From positions 1,280,001 through 1,344,000 of the forward strand of contig CAWBAN010000001.1 in the NCBI GenBank assembly GCA_963786935.1: a stretch of DNA of 64,000 nt, read 5' to 3'. How positions within the stretch are numbered: the first letter of the stretch is position 1; each line of letters starts with the position of its first letter. The translations under genes were made by a program, and so were the position numbers. Under the pieces are notes generated by a model. It ran no database searches, had not been told where the DNA came from, and was given only the letters and a program-made list of their open reading frames with translations. Shown in pieces: positions 30,301-39,251 of the stretch. This DNA is from an uncultured bacterium (GTDB lineage Bacteria > Krumholzibacteriota > Krumholzibacteriia > Krumholzibacteriales > Krumholzibacteriaceae).

Positions 30301-30864
30301 TGCCGCTGCCTGCGAATCCAAGACACAAACGGTCGTTCTCATCCAACTGGTTGGCGGCGCGGATGCGAACTGCGCATTTGCTGCAGAGAAAAGGACGACT
30401 TTTTGAAGCTTGTACCATAAAGAGCCCTTTGATTCGTCATCAGCAAACTTCGCCTCAAAGGTTTCAAGAAAAGCCTGCACGGCTTGCCCGTTGTTCATGA
30501 CCTGCCCATAAGGGGAAGGACCGTTTTCGTTGATAACACCCCGGCGCCCCTCGCTCTCAAAGGTCCATGGCTCCCATATGTCACTCTTCTCAACAGGAAA
30601 AGTGATCAGTCCGGGATAGCTCTTGAGCTCGACCACAGCCACCGCATCCTTCTTAAGCACAATGATGTCCGGCGACACGCCTCTGTAGACTCGCGCCTTC
30701 ATCTGACTGGGGGAGTGATATTCCACGTCGGGTAGCGTGGCGTTCGCGATGAGAAATATGTCCTCTTCAACGCCATCTGCAGCAAGCTTCTCGCATAGCT
30801 TTCGGAACGCCTGTCGTTCGTGAGTGCGCGAGTAGTCACCAACCTTGAAGGCATGGACATTCAT
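27373..30864 (-). CDS. NERD-like nuclease fused to a superfamily 1 (Upf1/Dna2-like) helicase
   Basis: N-terminal PDIIVL..VELKSY; GPPGTGKT, IDEASQ, GDEMQL, HYRC, AHGFQGDE, LNVAITRAR; GAGGAG RBS before ATG 30864. Confidence 0.85.
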   Translation of the reverse strand: MNVHAFKVGDYSRTHERQAFRKLCEKLAADGVEEDIFLIANATLPDVEYHSPSQMKARVYRGVSPDIIVLKKDAVAVVELKSYPGLITFPVEKSDIWEPWTFESEGRRGVINENGPSPYGQVMNNGQAVQAFLETFEAKFADDESKGSLWYKLQKVVLFSAANAQFASAPPTSWMRTTVCVLDSQAAAGYDIAKFLCDLTTDPIHHKTDPRPQIHLTDRSIRALASLLKAEEFKFAGSEPSVEDVVFPEYALQPIVSMGTRIASRSKQEEVDVSVPESVLGEPVPLRVLRYYIDCIQELAKQGSSIDLSKPDLFYFVQNCSESVFFGNGQFELDSLRIPDRFLTPDARFTYGYLPIIVKQIWKDHPTFYAEPLVMRDMRIIREKGRFFCQALSKDEVTVNRSAIRRFTAIQSLTTEEIEELLREVETAGSVENQIRYLLDALEVEWNPGFKQMGGYDYAALNEGLLPLALLFQSTSGMYNRLLRDMGKIRDIWSGQPESRDNLAWRILDGLAPEHVSKDWHPPNLCVIPSNFEQSQGVGLAVEDKGLLQVISGPPGTGKTQLIQNIIVNMVDGGRKVIFASRNNKAVDVVVDRMNGGILRFPFVFRTGSNDQNQRFAAFLSALDPIDSDHFLELKSQERAIRVELRDKSAKLQQLYLGLEQARKARRNIDQIDQQMEAMRDQNDALFGLTDWHDKQSTDFGASIWRRLAGIHERESHAGAGLIGRTVTSFKKGYGLGAMLNREKFEKLLQDELNRQLNEHLPAELISAIGNENLQVASARFLPALEIMNSLSRQHTDTWEILDQFDEAQILKEWSEVETSRIEPSKKLLTLQWHRRRDSEVIKSVVNLLGDSRSRTPFDDVMKVFPCCATTTLSVGNKIPLAAGLFDLAVIDEASQADVASCLPILYRARRAVIIGDEMQLRPVVTMPDNKNQKLLKAYGLLGDSFRRYDFCSSSMLDLAYDRFTAAGGRRLLLKDHYRCHPDIIDYSNRCFYDGCLRIRTTRDDRPGVFLHACEGEAHRRWSNPAEIDEVQRLVAEAIKKGYDHSQIGVVTPFRQQAEAIISQLRANSLFAGDSGMVTVSTAHGFQGDERDVMVFSLVVSDNMPPGTIRWVHDPATDSKNLLNVAITRARRELHVVANEKLCDKTGGLLGALIDHCRRHAAN

Positions 30865-30949
30865 GGGGCAGCTCCTCACTCATTCTTGATCCCTCGGTGT
30901 CTTTTCGGCCCTGCGCAAAGCCGCAAGCGCTTCCGCCACTTCCCGCCCC

Positions 30950-32422
30950 TTAGCTTCGATCACGTCCAGAATCTCTTCCGGCGTCCGCTTCGTCCACCAC
31001 GACTTTGCGGTTCGGGTTGACGGCCTTGATGTCGTAGCCCCGCGCCTCGATCTCGGCACGGCTAATGGTCCAGCTCCGTTCGCTTTCGCCGCGCTGCGGC
31101 AGCAGCCGGAAGAATTCCTCGAAGTGCGCCACGGTGAGGGGCGATTTCTTCCCCACCTTGATGTCGGAAAGATCGTAGTACCAGATGCGCTCGGTGGGTT
31201 TGCCGCGCGTGAAGAACAGCAGATTTGTCTTCACGCCCGCGCCGGCGTTCACGAACGCGCCGCCCGGGAGGCTCACGAGAGCCCAGAGGTCGCAATCGTC
31301 CAGAAGCTTGCGTTTGGTCTGCACGAATGCGGTCTCGTTCGTGCGGAAGAGCACGCCCTCGTCGAGCACGATGCCGCAGCGGCCACCGGGCTTGAGCGAG
31401 TCGATCACGTGCTGGAGAAAGAGCACCTGCGTGGCGCCGGTCTTGTAGGCGAAGCGCGTCTGCGCTTCCTTGCCTTCCTTTCCGCCGAAGGGCGGATTCG
31501 TCAGCACCACGTCGTAGAGCGCGGGGGCGTCCTGAAAGAGCCCGCCGTAGATTTCGTTCCCGGTGAGCGTGTTCCCGTGCCACAGATGCGGCTCGTCGAT
31601 ACCGTGCAGCACGAGGTTGGCCAGGGCAATGGGGTACGCAATGTTATCCTTCTCGCGGCCGTAGAGCGACTGATGACCAAGGGTCTCGAGCTGGGCCGCC
31701 GTGGCCGATCGCCCGAGCCCCGAGCGCATGTGCTTGAACGCCTCGATGAGAAAGCCGCCCGTTCCGCAGCCAGGGTCATACACCGTCTCGCCGGGCTTCG
31801 GGTCGATGGCCCGCACCATGGCTCGTATGACCTCGCGCGGGGTGAAGAACTGGCCGCCGTCGTTCCCCTTCTCCCCCATCTTGAGGAGCAGCCCCTCGTA
31901 AACCTGCGAAAGCGGAAAAACGTGCGTCGGATCGATGGTCTCGACGGTGATCTCCTGCACCTTGTCGAGCACGTCGAGCAGGTTGCGCTCCGTATCGATG
32001 CGCACGCGCTCCACGCCGGAGAGAATCTCGCTGATGATTTTCTGCCGCGGGGCGGCGTTGGGTCGTTCGCGCAAGCCGCGCATGTAGGGAAGGAGCTCGC
32101 CGTTCACGAATCCGAAGAAGGCCCCGAGCGCCCCATTCTGCAGCTCCGTTCGCTTCGCCCCGCCCGGCGCGGCCCAATCCTGCCAGCGGTAGGGCGGCTC
32201 CAGCGAAGGCGAGAACTCCGAGCTCACGGCCTCGGCCTCCTCCGCCTCGCGCGTCTCGCGCTCGTCGAGAATACGCAGAAAGAGGAGCCAGGTCAGCTCC
32301 GGCACGTACTGGAGGGCGCCCGCGCAATTCGAGCGGCGCATGATATCGCAGATCGATTTGACGGCGGAGTTGACCGAGCTTTGGGTGGCGAGGCGTTTGC
32401 CGTTGCCGTTCTTGCTTCTCAT
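30950..32422 (-). CDS. hsdM: Type I restriction-modification methyltransferase subunit (m6A); tail frameshifted, true end probably 30880
   Basis: GQFFTPR, YDPGCGTGGF, TNPPFG, GVKTNLLFF. Confidence 0.93.
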   Translation of the reverse strand: MRSKNGNGKRLATQSSVNSAVKSICDIMRRSNCAGALQYVPELTWLLFLRILDERETREAEEAEAVSSEFSPSLEPPYRWQDWAAPGGAKRTELQNGALGAFFGFVNGELLPYMRGLRERPNAAPRQKIISEILSGVERVRIDTERNLLDVLDKVQEITVETIDPTHVFPLSQVYEGLLLKMGEKGNDGGQFFTPREVIRAMVRAIDPKPGETVYDPGCGTGGFLIEAFKHMRSGLGRSATAAQLETLGHQSLYGREKDNIAYPIALANLVLHGIDEPHLWHGNTLTGNEIYGGLFQDAPALYDVVLTNPPFGGKEGKEAQTRFAYKTGATQVLFLQHVIDSLKPGGRCGIVLDEGVLFRTNETAFVQTKRKLLDDCDLWALVSLPGGAFVNAGAGVKTNLLFFTRGKPTERIWYYDLSDIKVGKKSPLTVAHFEEFFRLLPQRGESERSWTISRAEIEARGYDIKAVNPNRKVVVDEADAGRDSGRDRS

Positions 32423-32423
32423 A

Positions 32424-33437
32424 TCAGGCGACTCCCCCGATGAGGCTCATGGTGAGGTTCACGACGGCATCCTTCTCCGCCGGATCGCTCTCGGCGATCA
32501 TGAGGGTAATGGCGACGAGCGCGTTATCCGCGACGCGCTTGGCACCATCCTTCCCGTAGAGGAGGCCGTTCTTCTCCATGAACCAGAGAAAGAGGGCGGC
32601 GGCGATGCGCTTGTTCCCGTCCACGAAGCTGTGATTCTTGACCAGAAAATAGAGAAGATGCGCAGCCTTCCCTTCCAGGCTCGGGTAGAGGTCCTTCGCG
32701 CCGAAGGTTTGCATGACCGCGGCGAGCGAACTCTGGAGGCTATCGTCCTTCTCCCTGCCGAATAGGTCCGGCGCGCGGAACCTTGTCCGCAGACGGTTGA
32801 TGATCCGCTGCGCTTCGTCGTAGTCAATGCCGCGGGCCGGGGCGATTCTGCCCTTCGTCCGCGTTACTCTTTGATGATCGTAATCATCGAGCAAATCCAG
32901 GGCGCGGGAGTAATCAGTCACCACATGGAGCAGGGCCTTGGTCTGGTCTGAGGTCACGTCGTACCCGTTCAACACCTTCCCAACGAGTCTGAGCGACTGG
33001 CGCAGTTCCTTCAGTCGCCGCCCATTCACGGAGTAGCCCTTCAGGATATGATCGCGCAGCACACGCGTGGCCCAGATGCGGAACTGTGTGCCGCGTTTGG
33101 AATTCACCCGGTAGCCGACGGAAATTATGGCGTCGAGGTTGAAGTGCTCGACCTGATAGGTCTTGCCGTCGGCGGCAGTTGTTGCAATAAATGCAACAAC
33201 TGAATCCCGATCCAACTCCTTCGTAGCAAATACGTTCTTCAAATGGCGCGAGACCACTGACTTGTCGCGGTCGAATAGCGCAGCCATCTGATCGAGAGTC
33301 AACCAGATCGTTTCTCGCTCGAGTCGCACATCCAATCGCACGGCGCCGTCAGTCGCGCGATACAGCACGATCTCGCCGCCCCCATATCCCGACGTGGATT
33401 CACGTGCAATTGGCTTCTGTCTCTTTGTCGCCATCAC
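32424..33437 (-). CDS. RhuM-family domain fused to a Fic/Doc domain
   Basis: ETIWLT..MAALF, YNLD-like FNLDAIISVGYRVNS..GTQFRIWA; HSFVDGNKRIA. Confidence 0.9.
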   Translation of the reverse strand: MMATKRQKPIARESTSGYGGGEIVLYRATDGAVRLDVRLERETIWLTLDQMAALFDRDKSVVSRHLKNVFATKELDRDSVVAFIATTAADGKTYQVEHFNLDAIISVGYRVNSKRGTQFRIWATRVLRDHILKGYSVNGRRLKELRQSLRLVGKVLNGYDVTSDQTKALLHVVTDYSRALDLLDDYDHQRVTRTKGRIAPARGIDYDEAQRIINRLRTRFRAPDLFGREKDDSLQSSLAAVMQTFGAKDLYPSLEGKAAHLLYFLVKNHSFVDGNKRIAAALFLWFMEKNGLLYGKDGAKRVADNALVAITLMIAESDPAEKDAVVNLTMSLIGGVA

Positions 33438-34609
33438 AACTCCCCCGCAAACGCCCGACGCAACAGAACGGTCGGAAGAGCATTGATTTCGTTCAACTGC
33501 GCCCCCAATCCCTCGATCAAGGGTCTGACTTTCTGAATTCTCTCTGTCGCCACCAGCTGCAACGCCCAGGAAGGAACATCGATTACCCCCGAGGTTAGCC
33601 TACGAAACAGCATTCTCTCCCGCACAGCCCCGCGCGCCAGCGAGCGGATGAATTGCTCCCCAAGTGCTGATCTCAACCAATGGTAGAACCATCGATGGTG
33701 CAATACACCAGTGCGGCACTTGAAAACAACATAATCAGGACTTGTTATGCCGACCGTTTCGCCTTGATCCAGTTGTGCGATTGATCCGATCATGATACGC
33801 ATCGGGTTATAGAACACGGTCCCTTCGTCAACCAACTTGTAGCGCCCCGGCGCTTTGCCTACAGGCTCCTTCGCAGGAGCCAACCCTTCGCGTGTGGCGC
33901 CCAGCGCCGGAAAATTATTCCACGAAGAACCTACTCCCTCGGTCACTTCAACCAGGCACTCTTCCAAACTTAAGCGTTCTGTCTTCCCCGAAACAAGCGA
34001 TTCATGGACATAAGCGAATTGTAGAGCTTTGGCGGCATCGAACTGGACCTGGGCGGCGACTTGCGCCCGCTCCACTACCGCCATCTGCTCGTTCAGTGTC
34101 GCCGCGATGCGCTTCTGCTCGGCCAGCGGCGGGAGGAGAATCTCGAACCGTTGAAGATGGGACTTGGAGACTTCGGTGAACGTTGCACCGCTGCCAAGAG
34201 CCTGAAGGTCCGGAACGACCCATTTTAATGACCAGTAGAGAAAAGCCGAATCAACGTCCGGGCCCGGCACAAAGCTCTTGCACCCTTGATTCGTGCAGAG
34301 CGGCACTCCCGCGATTCCCACGTGCCCGATAGGAGCGCGGCTGGACATGACAATGGTTCCAGCCGGTAATATTTCCGTTCCACAGCCTTGATAGCCAGCA
34401 GAAGTGATCCTCCTGCTGGAGCTACTGATTACCCGTCCATCGAGTTTACCAAGATCGGTCGGAGTCACCCAGACGATGTCACCATCCCAATAGTCTGAAT
34501 TTCCGGTGGACGGCGTGGACCCACCGATTACCTGACACACTTCGCCCAACTTTACCCATCGCCATCCGGGAGGGAGATTTCTCTTCGTGAGATTTGTTGA
34601 TTCCCTCAC
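33434..34609 (-). CDS. hsdS: Type I restriction-modification specificity subunit
   Basis: LPPGWRWVKLGEV, GGSTPS, SSRAPIG, LPPLAEQKRI, LLRRAFAGEL. Confidence 0.92.
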   Translation of the reverse strand: MRESTNLTKRNLPPGWRWVKLGEVCQVIGGSTPSTGNSDYWDGDIVWVTPTDLGKLDGRVISSSSRRITSAGYQGCGTEILPAGTIVMSSRAPIGHVGIAGVPLCTNQGCKSFVPGPDVDSAFLYWSLKWVVPDLQALGSGATFTEVSKSHLQRFEILLPPLAEQKRIAATLNEQMAVVERAQVAAQVQFDAAKALQFAYVHESLVSGKTERLSLEECLVEVTEGVGSSWNNFPALGATREGLAPAKEPVGKAPGRYKLVDEGTVFYNPMRIMIGSIAQLDQGETVGITSPDYVVFKCRTGVLHHRWFYHWLRSALGEQFIRSLARGAVRERMLFRRLTSGVIDVPSWALQLVATERIQKVRPLIEGLGAQLNEINALPTVLLRRAFAGEL

Positions 34610-36975
34610 GCCGCGAACATCCTCGTCTTGGTTTCCATCAGCACATCCACCGGTTTACCGAGCGATTTCAATGCGGCCAACCCGCCCGCGTCCACGACTT
34701 CCGGCGTCTGGAACACGGCCGGGTTCTCCAATCCCTCGGTGCCGGCGCGAGCGAACTGCCCGGCAATGGCCCGAATTGTTCCCGCCGTTCGCTTAGGCAT
34801 CCCGCTGAGCCAGCCGACATGCTTATACGCGAAGGCATCGGCCCGCTCCGTGCGAGTCTTCGGCGCAAGGCCATATCCCAACTCGGCCAGCACGTCGTAG
34901 AGATCAAAGTCGCGCATCTCTTCGAGGTCGCGCACAAGCACAGCGGAGCGACCGGCATCGGGTAGATGCGCGAGCAATACGTGGCGCTCGGACGGCCTCA
35001 CCCAGGTGGCCCGAAAACGTTCCAGCGTCGGTGCCTCGGCCACCAGCCGCTCGGCGAGACGCTCTTTGTATTCCTCAACGGTCACGGGCATGGCCTTGCC
35101 GTCCACCTCGGTGACAATATAGCGCCCGGCCTCGGTGACCCGCACGTCGAATCCCTCGACACGTATGATGCGCTCCGCGGGTTCCGTCGGCTCGTCGCCG
35201 GGTTTCGGCTCGCGCGGCGGGCGGTGTTTCGTAATGAACTCCTCGCCGAAGAGCCGCGTGGCGTCGGTGTAGTCATAGACGCGGAACATGAGTTTGCCAT
35301 CGGGCGGATACAGGCGCGTGCCGCGGCCGACCATCTGATAGAACGCGATGGGCGAGCGAACATATTTGAAGAAGACGATGTTGCGCACGCAGGGCACATC
35401 CACACCGGTGGTCAGGAGATCCACGGTCGTTGCGATGAAATAGCGGCGGGAGGCTCCGCGCAGGTCGGCAAGGTATTCGTTGCCGCTCGAGGCGGCGGTG
35501 CATTTGAAGGCGAAGGGCTCGGCGCGCGAGCGGCCGTTTCGCGTGCACCAGTCGGCGTAGAAGTTGTTGAGGGCGGCGGCTACGTCGTCGGCGTGGCGGT
35601 CGCGAGCGCAAAAGATGATCGTCTTTTGTTCCGGACCCCCCGTGGCAAGGAGCTGATCGAGCAGGCTTCGGCACATGGCCTCCACGCGCTCGGGCATAAG
35701 CAGACGGTCCTCGAGGCTGGAGGCGGCGTAGTGTTCGCGCGCCTCACCCGCGTTGATGATCTCGCCCGTACCGGCATCGCTGAGCGTCTTGCCGGCCAAG
35801 TCGCCGCGCGTCACGCCGCTTTCGCGCTCGTTGGCGGGTTTGTTGTCATGGAACAGGTCGAAGCGGCGAACCTCGCAGGCGGCGAGATAGCCGTCCTCGA
35901 TGGCCTGGGCCATGTCGTATTCGTAGACCGGCTCCCCGAACCAGCGGATGTTGTCGGCGCTCACCTGAGCGTCGGCGCGGGCTTCCCGAGTATCCTCGCG
36001 CGTGTCGAGGCGACGCGGGGTGGCGGTAAGCCCGATCTGAATGGCCGCGGGATTGCGGGTGAGCACCTGCGACCACTTGCCCCAGGCCGAGCGATGGCAT
36101 TCGTCAATGACGATGTGGCTGAAGTAATCCTCGGGGTAGTGGGTCAGCAGGAAGTTAGCATCCGCGTCGTCGCGGTCCACGTCGAGCGTCTGGTACGTGG
36201 CAACGAGGATGCGGGCGTTCTTCTGCGGGTTGTTGCTAGAGACGGCGGCGGCGTCCGCTCCGAAGACGTTCTGGAATGCGCCGAGGCCCTGGGCGCGGAG
36301 CTCGTCGCGATCGCAGACGAAGAGAGCGCGGCGAAGCTGCCCGGCGTCGGCAATACGCTTCAGCAGATTGACGGCGATGAACGTCTTGCCCGCGCCTGTG
36401 GCAAGCGATAGCAGAGCGCGCTTCTCGCCGCGGGCGATCTTTTCCAGTGCGGCGCGAATTGCGGCGTCCTGATAGTAGCGCCGGGTGGCCTCGCCCCCGG
36501 GGTAACGGGCAAGCATGGGACGCGCGATCTCGGCGTCCAGCTTGAAGCCCATTTTGTCTTCGTAGCGGCGGCGCAGATCGGCGGGCGTCGGGAATTCATT
36601 GAGCGGCAGTGGCTGAGACGTCAGCCCCGTGAAGCGATCATACTCGACGAATAGATGCCCGTTGCTGCAGAAGACGAACGGCACATTGAGACGCTTGCAG
36701 GTGGCGTAGAGCTTTGCCTGCTCCAAGCCGTGCGTGGGCGGCAAGTGCTCGGCCTTTGCCTCGATGAGCGCCATAGCCACGGGCTGGCTTTCCAGGGTAA
36801 CCCTGACACGGAGCACGTAGTCGATTCGCCCTTTCGGGCGGCGCCGCGGCCCACCCTCACCGATCTCAATCGCCCCGGCTGTCTCCTCGCGGCGGATGAG
36901 ATCCTCCGTCCAGCCACGTTGATGGATGGCGGGATCAATAAGTCTCGCCCTGGTGTCAGACTCCGATAAAGCCAT
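34606..36975 (-). CDS. hsdR: Type I restriction endonuclease subunit R (EcoEI/EcoAI-like)
   Basis: SESDTR, DY..IEAK nuclease motif, RYYQ, LATGAGKT, IDECHRS, GLTATP, QMVGRGTRL. Confidence 0.93.
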   Translation of the reverse strand: MALSESDTRARLIDPAIHQRGWTEDLIRREETAGAIEIGEGGPRRRPKGRIDYVLRVRVTLESQPVAMALIEAKAEHLPPTHGLEQAKLYATCKRLNVPFVFCSNGHLFVEYDRFTGLTSQPLPLNEFPTPADLRRRYEDKMGFKLDAEIARPMLARYPGGEATRRYYQDAAIRAALEKIARGEKRALLSLATGAGKTFIAVNLLKRIADAGQLRRALFVCDRDELRAQGLGAFQNVFGADAAAVSSNNPQKNARILVATYQTLDVDRDDADANFLLTHYPEDYFSHIVIDECHRSAWGKWSQVLTRNPAAIQIGLTATPRRLDTREDTREARADAQVSADNIRWFGEPVYEYDMAQAIEDGYLAACEVRRFDLFHDNKPANERESGVTRGDLAGKTLSDAGTGEIINAGEAREHYAASSLEDRLLMPERVEAMCRSLLDQLLATGGPEQKTIIFCARDRHADDVAAALNNFYADWCTRNGRSRAEPFAFKCTAASSGNEYLADLRGASRRYFIATTVDLLTTGVDVPCVRNIVFFKYVRSPIAFYQMVGRGTRLYPPDGKLMFRVYDYTDATRLFGEEFITKHRPPREPKPGDEPTEPAERIIRVEGFDVRVTEAGRYIVTEVDGKAMPVTVEEYKERLAERLVAEAPTLERFRATWVRPSERHVLLAHLPDAGRSAVLVRDLEEMRDFDLYDVLAELGYGLAPKTRTERADAFAYKHVGWLSGMPKRTAGTIRAIAGQFARAGTEGLENPAVFQTPEVVDAGGLAALKSLGKPVDVLMETKTRMFAA

Positions 36976-37037
36976 TTGCCGTGCCCGCTTTCAGTTGGTC
37001 GCGATGCCTGGTCACCGAGGCACCACTGCATGAATCA

Positions 37038-39086
37038 TCATTTGCGTTGGGCTTCGGATTTCTCGCCTTTTGCCTCGGCAGACTTAGGCATGAGTCTCAA
37101 GAGAACTGCTTTCTCGATACGTCTTTTCAAACCGGCTCGAAGATCGTTCAGACAAATGCCAAAGAATAGGTTGAGAATCGTGAAACAAACAACCAGCACA
37201 GCCAATATATAGGCAACCATGCGAAGTCCTGGGGAATGCGGAAAGAATCCCGGAATGCCGAAACTGACGCCCAAAGCCACCGACAGTCCAAGAACCAGGA
37301 AGGTTACATTTGCCGCAACTTTGCCACAGAGCGAAGCGAGCCAATTCAGTCGCATCTCCAGCTGTCTTCTTGCTTCTGCCGTAATAGCTCGATCTTCCTC
37401 AAGCCTACTCATTTTAGTAATGCCTGCCTCGATCTGCACCCTCCGGACTTCCTCCGATGATCTCACCTGCTCATGAACCTCTTCAATCTCCTTTGCTGCG
37501 CGGAGCTCCACGCGTTCGATCTCTTTCCTTGCGCGCTCTTCGTATTCGGCTCGGACGCGGTCAACAACCTCAGACACCGTCGTTGCATCAACATCAAGCT
37601 CATCATCAATCTCCGATAGACGCGATTCGGCTAGATCACTAATAAGCAATGCAACGCTCTCCTCCGAGGATAGCTGACCGGAGATTATGAGTTTTCGCAG
37701 TTCTCTTATAAACGCCTCCCAGATTTCCCGACCGGGCCTAAGCGCCGCAGCACAGAGCGCAACAAGCTCATGCATTCTCAAGCGGGAAGCTGATGCGGGT
37801 TTCTTGATCCAAGCCGCATTGAAGAGATCTCTACAACGCATTATGGGTGGGACGCCGCTCTCTCCTTGGGCTCTATACCATTCGGTCGTGTGTTTCACAA
37901 GCAGCGACGTAGTAGTTACAAAGATTGCTTTTGAATCCTCAATTAGATACGCTCTCTTCCCAGCTCGGTAGGTTATTATCGCCGCTATGCAGTCTACATC
38001 ATGGTCGACTCTTGCATCCGGCTCCGTTTGACCTTCTTTTAGCAATCGCTCCGATAAGCTCTTCTCCTCAAACGTGTAGGCCTTTGTTCGCTGGGGAAAC
38101 TCTCTAATCCCAATACCCAATTGTTTCACGTTGAGTTCCAGCAAGGCGCCAATCTGCTTGACATCACTTGGAGTGCAATGATTCTTCAAGAAGTACCTGC
38201 TCAAAGGGGTTTGCCAAAGACTTAGCATTCCATCGGGAGTTGACAGATGCTCAATGTATACACTGAGAATCCTTTTCATTTCCGCGAGTGTTCGATCAAA
38301 CACAAAGAGCGTGGCCCCCAAGTCCGTCAACAGACCAATACCTTCCCTTGAAACCACCTTCTCTGCCTCACCCTCCAATCCGAGAATCCGGAAGAGAATA
38401 CGAGAGTCAAGAAAGACCTCAAGCAATCGAAATCTCCTTTCCACATCAGCGATGTCCTTTAAGAGGAGGACCTTCTGCAACACGTACCCTTCAACCATTC
38501 TCTGTATTCTGTCAGCCTCATCAGGTTTATTGCTCAGGACAAACTGGAAATACGCGGCTATTGTCCTAACAGAACTTGAAGTCATTGAGACTGCTTCAGC
38601 AGGACCCGTATTAGCATCGCTTGAGAGAAGAACAGTCATGTAGTTCTGATCTAGAAATCCAAGCAGCAGTGATAGAGCTTCTTCGTCGCTTGCTATTACC
38701 ATATCCCGGGCTAATGCAAAGTCTCTAAGGCTCCGTGCAATACCCAAGTGTTCTGATTCAATTGTTTTTCTGGTTTCAAGCAAATCCTTTTCTGCTCTAA
38801 AGGAAGGTTCTCGGAAGAAGCGACCAACCTCGCGCCGCAAGCTTCCTTTCTTTACTTTCACTGCCCTACTTAGAAGAGTCCTAAGCGGGTCCTCCGGTAT
38901 GTCCAGACTATGCCTTTCATTGATGGCGGTACGCAGATCACTGACAACAAAATTATCAAGAGGCATTGCAGCGATAGTATCGAGAACGAATGGCATAAAC
39001 ATATCTGCATGGTCCTTGCCCAAGTCAAAATAGACTTTCAGCATTGCTATTGTTGCTAAGCCCTTCGACGCTCTAGCTGGTGCCAT
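37038..39086 (-). CDS. Hypothetical 682-aa protein: PIN-like core, coiled coil and two C-terminal TM helices
   Basis: Long low-GC ORF; VFLDSRIL, TLAEM, DHDVDC, FVTT; E/R-rich heptads; two hydrophobic segments near the end. Confidence 0.7.
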   Translation of the reverse strand: MAPARASKGLATIAMLKVYFDLGKDHADMFMPFVLDTIAAMPLDNFVVSDLRTAINERHSLDIPEDPLRTLLSRAVKVKKGSLRREVGRFFREPSFRAEKDLLETRKTIESEHLGIARSLRDFALARDMVIASDEEALSLLLGFLDQNYMTVLLSSDANTGPAEAVSMTSSSVRTIAAYFQFVLSNKPDEADRIQRMVEGYVLQKVLLLKDIADVERRFRLLEVFLDSRILFRILGLEGEAEKVVSREGIGLLTDLGATLFVFDRTLAEMKRILSVYIEHLSTPDGMLSLWQTPLSRYFLKNHCTPSDVKQIGALLELNVKQLGIGIREFPQRTKAYTFEEKSLSERLLKEGQTEPDARVDHDVDCIAAIITYRAGKRAYLIEDSKAIFVTTTSLLVKHTTEWYRAQGESGVPPIMRCRDLFNAAWIKKPASASRLRMHELVALCAAALRPGREIWEAFIRELRKLIISGQLSSEESVALLISDLAESRLSEIDDELDVDATTVSEVVDRVRAEYEERARKEIERVELRAAKEIEEVHEQVRSSEEVRRVQIEAGITKMSRLEEDRAITAEARRQLEMRLNWLASLCGKVAANVTFLVLGLSVALGVSFGIPGFFPHSPGLRMVAYILAVLVVCFTILNLFFGICLNDLRAGLKRRIEKAVLLRLMPKSAEAKGEKSEAQRK

Positions 39087-39251
39087 TGTTCCCCCTACGC
39101 GCTTAAATGAACTCTCGTTTTTCCAGGAATATCTTACTTGGAGAATATTACCCTATGTCTTAATAGGCTGCACACCAATTTATTTCACTACAGTCATAGC
39201 TGGGAGAGTTGGCTAGCTCCGCTCCATATAATAACACGCCGTAGCCTATCG

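Larger units (their letters stand above)
27301..39251. other. Horizontally acquired defence island (six genes on the minus strand)
   Basis: Visible drop in GC and loss of host codon style, strongest at 37.0-39.2 kb; contains type I R-M genes; no integrase or att repeats seen. Confidence 0.75.
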
